From Octopus sinensis (lineage: Eukaryota), in the NCBI RefSeq assembly GCF_006345805.1, contig NC_043001.1, forward strand, positions 75,392,001-75,456,000: a DNA stretch of 64,000 nt, read 5' to 3'. The translations under genes and the position numbers were made by a program. The notes under the pieces were generated by a model. It did no database searches. It was given only the letters and a program-made list of their open reading frames with translations, and was not told where the DNA came from. Positions 25,329 to 36,394 of the stretch are shown one piece after another (the first letter of the stretch is position 1; every line of letters starts with the position of its first letter).

Positions 25329-26593
25329 TTTCCCTGAGTTGCTGTAGTCTTTTTAGATTTATTTTCAGTGTTAGTTATTGTGCGTAGAGAGCACTCAGAC
25401 CAGCTGGTATCTCTCTTCCACGTTTCAGCAGTCTTAACAAATCTCCAGATTTGTCCATCTTCCCGAAGACTGAAGCTTTCTTGTAGAGCTGAGTTCCTGT
25501 TCAGGGAAGCCGCTACACGTAGCTTCGTACGTACATCGGACGGTAAGCCTGGGCGTGTTCGGAAGGTGGTCCGATTTTCACGCCCAGCTTTAACTGAGGC
25601 CAGATGGTAAGAGGTTGCCTCAGCGTGGTCTGAAAAAGACAGCTTGATGAGCCTGGGTTTTGGGCCAGGTCGTCCCAGGCGGAGAGCACCCGTTGGGGGA
25701 ACGCAGCCTAGGTCTTTGGCTGAGTTAGCAGCAAATGCCTGAAGATCAGCCATGTCTTCTGGCATCCCAATGGCAATAACTTCATGGGTAGCAGAATCCG
25801 CGGTCTTAGATGCGACAAGAGGTACAGGTACAGGTACAGGGAGGTTCTTTAGCAGAGCATTCCGATAAGACCCCTCATTGTGGAGTCCAACCTGAATGCT
25901 TGCTTTTATTCCTGCTACTTCCCCTCTTAAAGCACAGATCGATTGTTGCAGTTCTGCAAGAACCGCACTGGTCAGTTGGTGTTGTTGTTGTTGTTGTTGT
26001 TGCTGCTGCTGCTCTGGTTGTGGTTGATTTTGTTGTTGCTGCTGTTGTTGTTGATGTTGTTGTTGTTGCTGCTGCTGCTCTGGTTGTGGTTGATTTTGTT
26101 GTTGATGATGTTGTTGTTGTTGCTGCTGTTGTTGCTGCTGCTGCTCTGGTTGTGGTTGATTTTGTTGTTGCTGCTGTTGTTGTTGTTGCTGCTGCTGCTC
26201 TAATTGTGGTTGATTTTGTTGTTGCTGCTGTTGCTGTTCCGCCTCCTCCACGGGAGTGGCAGGGGGAGACACAATCGTCGGTTGTGGAGGCACGCAGGCC
26301 TGACACTGAAAAGTCCAAGATTTAAGCTGAACCATCTTCCAGAGTCTATCCATCATAGCATTATGTTGGCTCTTTTTTTGGCCTGGGATCTTCTGAAAGT
26401 CCGTGGCACATTGGAGGCAGACAGAGATGAGACATGTCCCACATTCGACCCAGCGATTACGGAACGTATTTTCGGGTTCCGTACAGATGTGGCAGGTGTG
26501 ATTTTCTGGGCAGTGTTCTATTTTGGAGCAGCGACCAGTCTTATCGCACTCCACTATGGATTCCACCATGGCGATTTTGTTGCTTCTGGTCAT
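25325..26593 (-). CDS. LINE ORF1p (422 aa): PHD-like finger, polyQ repeats, coiled coil, RRM-like domain
   Basis: CHIC..CGTC..VCLQC..CQAC; ELQQSICALRGEVAGIK; VIAIGMPE..RLGRPGPKPRLIKLSF. Open from ATG to TAA. Confidence 0.88.
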   Translation of the reverse strand: MTRSNKIAMVESIVECDKTGRCSKIEHCPENHTCHICTEPENTFRNRWVECGTCLISVCLQCATDFQKIPGQKKSQHNAMMDRLWKMVQLKSWTFQCQACVPPQPTIVSPPATPVEEAEQQQQQQQNQPQLEQQQQQQQQQQQQNQPQPEQQQQQQQQQQQHHQQQNQPQPEQQQQQQQHQQQQQQQQNQPQPEQQQQQQQQQQHQLTSAVLAELQQSICALRGEVAGIKASIQVGLHNEGSYRNALLKNLPVPVPVPLVASKTADSATHEVIAIGMPEDMADLQAFAANSAKDLGCVPPTGALRLGRPGPKPRLIKLSFSDHAEATSYHLASVKAGRENRTTFRTRPGLPSDVRTKLRVAASLNRNSALQESFSLREDGQIWRFVKTAETWKRDTSWSECSLRTITNTENKSKKTTATQGN

Positions 26594-27354
26594 CCGTAGA
26601 GACAGAAAATGTAAACAACAATACGATAAAAGTAAAATATTTGTTTTTGATACGTTCTTTTTTTGTGTATATTCCTTTTGTTCTTAAATATTGTGTGTGT
26701 ATATACACATGTTTCGTTCTTTTTTGTGTATATTCCTTTTTTTCTTAAATATTGCGTGTGTATACATAAAAGGATTTGTGCGTATGTTTAGTGTAGACAC
26801 GGAGAAAGTTTGTAAACGGAAATGAAATCAGTGATTTTTTTGATTTTTTTGCAGTGTAGTCCGTCACATTAAATAGTGTGATTTATTTTCACTCTGCACG
26901 TATATATATGTGTGCTACAAATATCTATGTATGTATGTATGTCACTGCTTTATAAATTTTGGACGTACTTACTGTCGTTCAACGTTTTCTTTTACCCTCA
27001 ACTACACGTGGTGAATTCTTCCATTGTAGATCTGTGGTGGTCATCGTCGTAATATTTTCTCTTTAGTTTCTTCGCCAAATTGATTATACCCTAATCAAAC
27101 CATTTGTTTGTCTACATTTAAATGATACTACATGTTTTGAACGAGAAATAAAGGGGACCAATATGCTGAGGTGCATAGTCGACCAAAATATCGATGCAAC
27201 TATCCTGTTGCACTGGATTATGTAAACTTTCTTTTGGACGTAAATAAACATATATTAAGCACTAAAAACTTCAGCACAAAGTCGGAACTTTTTATTTCTT
27301 GTATCATGAAATATTACGAAGCACCATGCAAATACACGAACAACCACATAGTAC

Positions 27355-27422
27355 ATATATACATACATACATGCATACATACATACATACCACATACATA
27401 CATACATACATACATACATACA

Positions 27423-27467
<45 letters not shown>

Positions 27468-27505
27468 AATATAATATAATATATAATATAATATAATATA
27501 ATATA

Positions 27506-27566
<61 letters not shown>

Positions 27567-28608
27567 GAGTTATCTCAAGTGAATACAACACACATTACAT
27601 CCACACCTTTATAACTATCTAGCTAACTAGATGTATACATAAATACTTTTATAAGTAATTCAGAACAAATAAATGAATCAATCAATAAGATTCAAGAACT
27701 GTATATTGGTATAAGGTGATTGAGGTAGATCAACTGAATACATACTATGCTAATTTTTTCATCTCTTTCAATATTTATGAAAAGAAACTCGTTGTATATT
27801 TCGCCGCTTCCCTCTATGCATCAAATATATAGGATGCTTTATGCGAAACATAAAATAAAATATGAGAAATTATTGCTTAAATTTTTTTTTGTTCTCGTGT
27901 CCCAGTATTGCCAAAATTTATTCATTGTCACATGTGTATATTGATATATTTTGCTATTTAAGTTTTACCTGTTATGTTTTTTAAAATTATATATATAGAC
28001 ATATATAATACGTGTTGTCAATACATGTATTTGTATATATACATATATATATATATATATGTACAAACGCTAATTTTCACACACACACACAGAGTTTGCC
28101 ATTTATTCCTTTGACATTCAATTTTTTGTTAATACTTTCTTTTACACCAACTATTCCGTGAAATGTATTTATTGTGAGGCAATGTATGTCTGTATGTGCA
28201 TAGTGTTCGTCAGTATAAATCTTTATTTATATCATCTAATATAATCTAATCTATCTATTTATCTATCTATCTATCTATCTATCTATCTCTCAACATATAT
28301 ATATATATCCATATATATATGTTTTTATATGTATATATATCTATATCGATCTCTCTCTCTCTATATATATATACACGCGCACACACACATATATCTACAT
28401 ATATATATGCACATATATATATATAAATATATATATCTACATATATATACATATATATAAATATATCTAGATTTTTATATATATATATATCTACATATAT
28501 ATGTATATATATAATATATTTACACAAATATACATACATATATATGTATATATACATATATTACTTATATATATACGTATATGTATACATGTATATATAT
28601 ATATATAT

Positions 28609-28642
<34 letters not shown>

Positions 28643-28707
28643 TAGGTACATATAATTACAAATATATATATATAACTGCATACATATATATATATATAAC
28701 TGCATAC

Positions 28708-28739
<32 letters not shown>

Positions 28740-28745
28740 ATATAT
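27355..28745. repeat. Representative (TA)n/(TACA)n/(TATC)n microsatellite-rich zone. Similar arrays lie at ~1170-1290, 2070-2200, 3150-3342, 17655-17850, 29717-29872, 30340-30632, 39765-39860, 48465-48640, 52408-52735, 53395-53620 and 58100-58445.
   Basis: Directly visible; this is the source of the YIYI/THTH/CVCV pseudo-ORFs. Confidence 0.9.
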
Positions 28746-28850
28746 ACCGGAGTAAACACATAAATGTGAAACAAGGTGGAAAAAAGAGTACTCAAATACC
28801 AGTGGTAGAGTAATATGCTTTATTTTAAGCAGCAGAAAATTCAACAAAAT

Positions 28851-28888
28851 CTGTTACTCTGAGTTTCTCGTTGCCGTTCATCAGACAG
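28851..28888 (-). ncRNA. Minimal type I hammerhead ribozyme motif
   Basis: ctgt CTGATGA a cg gcaa cg a GAAA ctc a gag TA acag. Confidence 0.7.
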
Positions 28889-29481
28889 TTTTTGCTAGAA
28901 TGGAACTTATATATTAATTCAATCTATACTCTTACAAACGCTAACCTTTAAAAGAAATGGACTTGTTTGATTGGCCTCTTCGTTCCTTTTTCTCTCTTTC
29001 CCTTCTTTCGTTCCCTCCTTGCTCAGTATATGAGAATTGCTACATAGATGAATTTTTAGCTGCGTGCGAGACGGTTTGCGTGAATATATGTACACATGCT
29101 TTTATGTGTATAATTTAGATTCATATTCATACGTCTGTATATGTATGTATGGCGTTTACGCGCATCCTTTGTGTATGTGATGATATATATATGTGGATTT
29201 TAATATAAATATGTATGCAGTATTTATAACAGGTTAATTTCTATGCATTAATTGTACTGTCTTCATTAACGGCAATAGGTTTTTTCCTCGTTTTTCCTCG
29301 GATTTATAATTTTTATAAGTTTTTATATATATATATATACATATATTTTTGACCTTTTGCTTATCGCTCGAAGATTGACCGTTTTTTCTAAAGGGCCAAT
29401 CAAAACAAGTCCATTCTTTTTAAAGGTGTAGCGTTTGTAAGAGTATAGATGAATTAAATATAAGTCCATTCTAGCAAAAAA

Positions 29482-29519
29482 CTGTCTGATGAACGGCAAC
29501 GAGAAACTCAGAGTAACAG
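29482..29519 (+). ncRNA. Minimal type I hammerhead ribozyme motif
   Basis: ctgt CTGATGA a cg gcaa cg a GAAA ctc a gag TA acag. Confidence 0.7.
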
Positions 29520-29714
29520 ATTTTGTTGAATTTTCTGCTGCTTAAAATAAAGTATATATATATATATAAATATATATATAATAGCAATTAAGGACAACTA
29601 CTTAATAAGGAAAACTTAACAAGAAATTGTCAGGTAGATAGCGTAAAAACCTCATAAGAGAAAATTTCGAAAATAATTATTTCTTATGAACATATTAATT
29701 TATAAATTAATATG

Positions 29715-29752
<38 letters not shown>

Positions 29753-29759
29753 ATATATA

Positions 29760-29872
<113 letters not shown>

Positions 29873-29875
29873 AGT

Positions 29876-30206
29876 GAAGACACATGGCTCAGTGGTTACA
29901 GCGTCGGGCTTACGATCGTGAGGTTTGTGAGTTGGATTCCCGGGCCGGGCTGCGTGTTGTGTTCTTGACCAAGACACATTATTTCACGTTGTTAACTCAC
30001 CTGTAGAAATGAGTTGCCTCGTCACTGGTGCCAAGCTGTATCGGCCTTTGCCTTTCCCTTAGATAACATCAGTGGTGTGAAGAGGGGAGGCTGGTATGCA
30101 TGGGTAACTTACTGACCTTCCATAAAATAAGCTTGCTCGGACTTGTACCTCGGTGGGTAACTTTCTAGGTGGAATCCCATAGTCATTCATGACCGAGGGG
30201 GGGTCT
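29876..30206 (+). mobile_element. tRNA-derived SINE (family B), full length
   Basis: tggctcagtggtta A box and gagttggattccc B box; homologous to 59564-59898. Confidence 0.85.
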
Positions 30207-31023
30207 CCTCCTCCTCTCATATCTATATATATATATATAATATATATATATATATATAAATAAATCCTTAAATCCTTAAAAATGTGGCCATGCTGGGGCA
30301 CCACCGCTGAATGAGCTACACTAGTATGTGAATCCCCCTCTGATACGTATACATATATATATATATGTGTGTGTGGTGTGTGTGTGTATATATATATGTG
30401 TGTGTATGGATATATATACGTGTGTTTATATGTATATATATATATGTTTGAGTACATATATTATATATATATACATACATTCATATATATATTTATATAT
30501 ACATACATACATACATACATATATATATATATATATTTATATACATACATATATATATATATATATACATATATATACATATATATATATATATAGACAT
30601 ACATACATTCATATATATATATATATTTATATACAAGCATTTTGGTTTACGCGATTATGTTGAAATATATATTTCACCATGCAAACGTCTCTATATTCGT
30701 CTATATTCAACCAATTTTGACATGGTTCCCATAAATCTATTTAAACCAGCATCGTTGATAACTGTCCAAGATCATTTGGTTCTATAATCAATTATTTACA
30801 GAATATATTCTTATTCTATCGAGCGTCATGCGATACATATATACATTTTTAAAACTGATTTTATTATTTATTTATAGATTTCCACTCTGAATATTAAAAA
30901 ATGTTGATTTCAATCAAATATTCGGATTTCTTTCAAATATTTTTCCATGATTTTTCAAATGTTTTCTTGATGTTGTTTTTGATATACTCGTTGTTGTTAT
31001 TTCGCTATTTTCATCTTTCACAA

Positions 31024-31096
<73 letters not shown>

Positions 31097-31151
31097 CATT
31101 AATATTATTTTTACTATTACTACTATTGTGGTTGTTGTTGTTGATCTTCTT

Positions 31152-31182
<31 letters not shown>

Positions 31183-32012
31183 TTATTATTATTATTATTA
31201 TTATCATCATTATTCATGTCATCATTATTGTGCCCGCATTGTTGCAGCGGTTTTTACTGGAGACAGTGAAATGGTTGGGCGGTACCGCTGAAGAGGCGGT
31301 TGTAATGTTTGTGATCATTCTTGTGTTAGTAATCTTGGCATGCAGGCTTTCTTTTCAATGAAAATAACCACACATTTCAAGAATTTCAAGAGGTTAGGTC
31401 TAAAATTTCATTATATTTAACATCCGATGCGATGGCGACATGATTGCTACCAGTCTCTTGACTTCCTTTTAAATTGTATTTTCATACTTGCATTTTTAGT
31501 GAGAAATATTGACTTCCTGCAAAAATATTTGCTGATAAATGCAAATTTAAATTGTATTGAAATGTATTCGTGCATTTTACATTCTCTGTTAATAAGCTGT
31601 TTGATTTCGTAGTCTCAGGGATTGTCATAAGAGTTAATATTAATTTCAACCACGATAGAATGATTGAATCCAGGAATGATGGGAAACCAAGCTTCTAGTA
31701 ATGGGCTCCATAGAGTCGTTCAAACCACTCTCCACAAAACTTCTAATTTTTTGCTTAAATTAGAAAGTACTTTATCATCTTTAGAGTATTACCTGTCATA
31801 TGATGGTGGCTTTGTAAGTTCCCCTTATGAGCAATATCAGCGAATATGGCGTACATGCAAGCTTTATAATCTCAATACATCATAAGTAAAAACATGAAAA
31901 CAAAATTACTTTTCCTTTTGATTTTATATTATGTTAGTTCACACATAAACAAACGTATAGTCAACCTCACTCTTATTTTCCCTTCTCCTCTTTCTATCTC
32001 CCCCTCTCTCTC

Positions 32013-32065
<53 letters not shown>

Positions 32066-32180
32066 TACATATATAATTATATATATTTACTTGCAAATGA
32101 TGCGAGGCATTCAATCATATAATAATATAAATAATACATATATATGCATATATATATATATATATATATAATATATATAT

Positions 32181-32226
<46 letters not shown>

Positions 32227-32230
<4 letters not shown>

Positions 32231-32695
32231 ATAGAAATATTAAAATTACTAAGTCTCTCTAAAAGAGAACAACGGCACCGTTCCCGGAAAAAAAATAGTT
32301 ATCGCCATACTAATATGGCATTCTTATAAAAATAAGAATAAAGCTGTCCGCTTATTAGCTCCATGAGGCCATCGCCTTAAGTTAGCCATTTGATACACAA
32401 ACTGTATCCATATAACCTTCGAACAAGGGAGGTCAGTCGCTCCACACTACTTGACCGGCAGCTACAGACCGTTTCGGGGTATTGCCCCTTTTCAATGCAG
32501 CGTAGCCAGACCAGTAGGTGTCGCTTCTGACAATCTCTGTTCGAAGGTTTTATTTACCTAGCTTCGGTGGAATACATCCACTTGTTTTCAATAATAGACA
32601 ATTAAAATACTAAGTCTCTCTAAAAGAGAACAACGGGCAGCGTTCCCGGAAATAATAGTTATCGCCATACTAATATGGCATTCTTATAAAAATAA
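32227..32695 (-). mobile_element. Hammerhead-bearing ORF-less unit (~361 bp) with a ~108-bp terminal direct repeat
   Basis: Direct repeats at 32227-32335 and 32590-32695; hammerhead at 32461-32501. Confidence 0.75.
32461..32501 (-). ncRNA. Type I hammerhead ribozyme motif, U3-A8 core variant
   Basis: gctgca TTGAAAA gggg caata cccc GAAA c g g TC tgtagc: 6-bp stem I, 4-bp stem II, GUC triplet. Confidence 0.75.
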
Positions 32696-32699
32696 AATA

Positions 32700-32743
32700 T
32701 ATATATAGGCATATATATATACATATATGTACATACTAACATA

Positions 32744-32782
<39 letters not shown>

Positions 32783-33110
32783 TATAATATATATATATAT
32801 ATGCATATATGGGTACAGGACGGCACGAAACGTAAACAACATGAAATACGAAGACAAAACTTTTTTTGCGAACAACAATGAAACAAATGGAATACAAGAC
32901 AAGTAACATAAAGAACGAAGCTTCATCAGTTGTTGGCTGTTTATCTACTCCACTGTTCAAAATTTGGAGTAGATAAACAAACCGACAACTGATGAAGGTT
33001 CGTTCTTCATGTTACTTGTCTTGTGTTCCATTTGTTCTCTCGTTGTTTGCCAACAAAGGTGGTTTTGTTGTTTACGTTTTGTGATATCCTGTATCCATAT
33101 ATTCATATAT
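32700..33110. repeat. Fold-back pseudo-LTR-like repeat (arms about 32805-32952 and 32965-33105)
   Basis: Centre ctactcca-ctgttcaaaatt-tggagtag; near-duplicate at 33930-34332. Confidence 0.8.
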
Positions 33111-33164
33111 ATATATTATATATATATTATATATATATATATATATAGTATATATATTATATAT

Positions 33165-33204
<40 letters not shown>

Positions 33205-33220
33205 TACATATATATATATA

Positions 33221-33839
33221 GCAACAAGTTGAGTCGTCACTATAGTGACGGAAGGTGCTAGTGAGCATCAGCAATGCTAGAAATGAAAGTGAAAACAACT
33301 CTTAGCCACGTGAGAGCACTTTATTAATGACTGACAAGGGAGACAAGCTCCATCCCTGTGACAAGCGAGATGGAGTCATATTAGCGCTGTTTCCAGATTT
33401 GATTAATTTTCATCATTACTCCGTTGCCAAATGAGTCGTTTTGACTCTTACTCCAAGCAACGCCGGCGAACACTAGCATCCTCCATGCCTTACGAATATA
33501 AATTGCCTTTCGAATGTAAATTGCGAATAGCCACCTTAATAATTTATAGTTCTTACTTCACCATTTTCGAAATCAGTCAATGTTTCTTATGATGTTCTTT
33601 ATAAGGCTGACAGGGTGAACTAAGTTCTTTAACCCTTGGTGTTTGAGTAATGAGTCACTGATGAAAATTAATCAAATTTGAAATCAGCGCTGATATGACT
33701 CCATCTCGCTTGTCGTAGCGAGGGATCTTGTCCTGCTTGTTAGTCGTTAGAAAAATGCTCTCATGTGCTAAGAGTTGTTTTGACTCTTATTTCTAGCACT
33801 ACCACCATCCGTCACTTTAGTGACGACTATACTTGTTGC
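33221..33839. mobile_element. MITE-like element with ~200-bp terminal inverted arms
   Basis: gcaacaagt..gtcgtcacta.agtgacgga / tccgtcactttagtgacgac..acttgttgc; the arms align inward to gattaattttcatca / tgatgaaaattaatc. No ORF. Confidence 0.8.
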
Positions 33840-33929
33840 CTTTCGGTTGTATATTGCGAATAGACAATCTTGATAATTTATATAATATATATAATATATA
33901 TTTTAAATCTCACTCTCTCTCTCTGATAT

Positions 33930-33980
33930 ATATATATATATATATAGGCATATATATACATATATGTACATACTAACATA

Positions 33981-34017
<37 letters not shown>

Positions 34018-34332
34018 ATATATTATATATATATATCTATATATTAGATATTAATCTATATATATATACGATATATTTTGCATATATGGGTACAGGACGG
34101 CACGAAACCGTAAACAACATGAAATACGAAGACAAAACTTTTTTGCGAACAACAATAGAAACAAATGGAATACAAGACAAGTAACATAAAGAACGAAGCT
34201 TCATCAGTTGTTGGCTGTTTATCTACTCCACTGTTCAAAATTTGGAAGGAGATAAACAACCGACAACTGATGAAGGTTCGTTCTTCATGTTACTTGTCTC
34301 TTGTGTTCCATTTGTTTCTCTCGTTGTTTGCC
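33930..34332. repeat. Second copy of the 32700-33110 fold-back repeat
   Basis: Shares the ataggcatatatatacatatatgtacatactaac start and the same inversion junction. Confidence 0.8.
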
Positions 34333-35089
34333 ATAATCTTCTCTCTTCGCTCTTATACGCCAATTGGTCTAAACTCACCCCTCTCCTCATAAACCCCCTC
34401 TCCCCCCTCCCCCTCACATATCCTATTCTCCCCCCGACTAAGTCTGCAGTTTTTCATCCTTTCAACCATAATCCCCTTCCTTCTTCTTTCCCTCTTTCTC
34501 CCTCCTCTTCCCCTTCCCTCTGCTCCCTCTCTCCCCTTCTCTCTCTCCCCCTTCCCCTCTTTCCTCCTTCATCCCCCTCCTCACCTTCCTTCTCCCCCAT
34601 CGTCTCCTCTTCCCCTTTTTCCTCCCCCTCTTCTTCCCCTCCCCTTCTCTCCCCCCTCTTCTCCCCCTCCCCCTCTTCTCATACACCACATGACTTACAC
34701 ATCACATCACATATGATGTGCCATACTAATACACACACCAACTAATACATACTATACGTACTAATACATACTAGTACATACTATACTTACACCAACCCTA
34801 TACATACACACGTCCAGACCCCGCATACGCACTTATACTCTCTCACACACACACACACACACCTATACATACCAATACGTACTAATACATACTAATACAT
34901 ACTAATACATACACCAACCCATACATACGCACGTCCAGACCAATCTTACACATAATACTCTCTCATACACACCACCACACACCACACACACCATTATACA
35001 TACTAATACATACACCAACCCTATACATACACACATCCAGACCCTCCCACGCACTTTAGCTGGTCCCTCAACCCGTTATCAACCCTATT

Positions 35090-35370
35090 ATCTCCCCTTA
35101 TTTCGCTCTCGCGTCTCATGTTTGATCTTTGACCTCTGGCCGAAATCAGATCGCCATGTTGATTCGTTAGCTACTGCACGCATTTTTTTCTCTCCTTCTT
35201 TCTGTGTTTTTCTCTCTCTGTGTATCTTTCTGTTGAAGAGCGTAGGCTCGAAACGTTAAAAGACTTGTTTTATTTATATTTCCTGAGCGCCATACTAATA
35301 AAATGTTCGTTGTTTTCCACCTGCCTTCGTCTTTTGTTTATTTTCATCAAGCTTCCCGTTATATATATAT
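35090..35370 (+). mobile_element. Penelope-like pseudo-LTR fragment with a CUGUUGA hammerhead-like motif (35225-35263)
   Basis: tcttt CTGTTGA a gagc gtag gctc GAA ACGT t a aaaga; related to 53185-53395. Confidence 0.6.
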
Positions 35371-35511
35371 ATATATATATATACATTCCCTCTCGTCTTT
35401 CACCTTCTTTGTCTCAATAATTCTACTTCTTTCCTTGTTTGTGCATAGCGTTCCTATACTCATTGCCTGCCACCAAACCTTGTATGTGTACTCGCTCTTC
35501 TATTATTCGTC

Positions 35512-35551
<40 letters not shown>

Positions 35552-36346
35552 CGTTACTTCCTCTCATTCTCTCATTTACTATCTCTCATTCTCTGCATCC
35601 TTTGTAAAACATGTCTAAGAAAATCAGCCAAATAACCAACCATTATATACAAATTCATTTTTAATCATTAAATTTAATTTGTTTTACGTAAGAAACAGTT
35701 TCCTTCTAGAACGACATGGCCTTTCATTTCTCATTTTATTGATGTTTTTGCTTCGATCAGATTTAGAATATTACTTTCTTCTGAGCGAGCATTAGAAAAA
35801 CAAGTCATATGATTGATCCGTACAAAATATATTAATAGAGTAGCATAATGTAAACGATGAGCTGATAGATAATACTTCTTACAATTACACAAATATTTTG
35901 CTTAAGTTATGAAAATAGATTACAAGTTCCCAAACCTGCAAAACTATATGTGTAAGTCTCAAATAAATCTTTCAGGCTTCAGCAAAGATAATAAGTAAAT
36001 AAAGTTTGTTATTTATCAGAAAGATAAAGTAGAATAACATTGAAATCTCTATGTCACATCTTGTAAGCCGTATTCCAATATACTATCGTATTTTGCATAG
36101 CCAGAAGCTACAGGAAAGCTAAAGTCATTGGTTTACTTCTAAAGTAAAATTGCTGTTCAATTGAAATTAGTGTCGTTCCACTACAATTAATTGAACAATT
36201 AATTGAAGGTATAAATTGGTACTAAAATAATGTCCTTTAAATTGTTCGATGTTTTGATGGGAATGCAAGGAATTTTCTCGCTGTTTATCACATACATTTT
36301 AGACATGGACTTCTTTTGTTACCCATCGAATATCATTGTTAATATA

Positions 36347-36394
<48 letters not shown>

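Larger units (their letters stand above)
22392..26650 (-). mobile_element. Full-length CR1-clade LINE with an (ATT)n 3' tail
   Basis: ORF1 plus APE-RT ORF2, a short 3' UTR with a stem-loop, and an (ATT)n tail at 22392-22455; visibly more GC-rich than the flanks. 5' boundary approximate; no TSD found. Confidence 0.93.
28744..29552. mobile_element. Penelope-like pseudo-LTR fragments in inverted arrangement (arms 28818-28980 and 29389-29552)
   Basis: The arms are reverse complements and each carries a hammerhead motif; same family as 63690-63905. Confidence 0.8.

Noticed and set aside
25810-26325. Val/Ala-, Leu- and Thr-rich ORFs overlapping CR1 ORF1
   Set aside because: Alternative-frame shadows of the polyQ repeat.
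29876-29960. tRNA-like sequences (also at 1500-1581, 44889-44960 and 59820-59898)
   Set aside because: A/B boxes are present, but they run into SINE bodies and lack a complete cloverleaf; not tRNA genes.
31664-31885. 73-aa ORF in unique DNA with a GTAAGT donor near 31814
   Set aside because: No consistent acceptor or frame, and no recognisable motif.
32989-33030. CTGATGA motifs at 32989, 34267 and 43177 as hammerheads
   Set aside because: No downstream GAAA, stem III or cleavage triplet in register.
34242-34745. 167-aa Pro/Ser-rich ORF
   Set aside because: Translation of the polypyrimidine tract.
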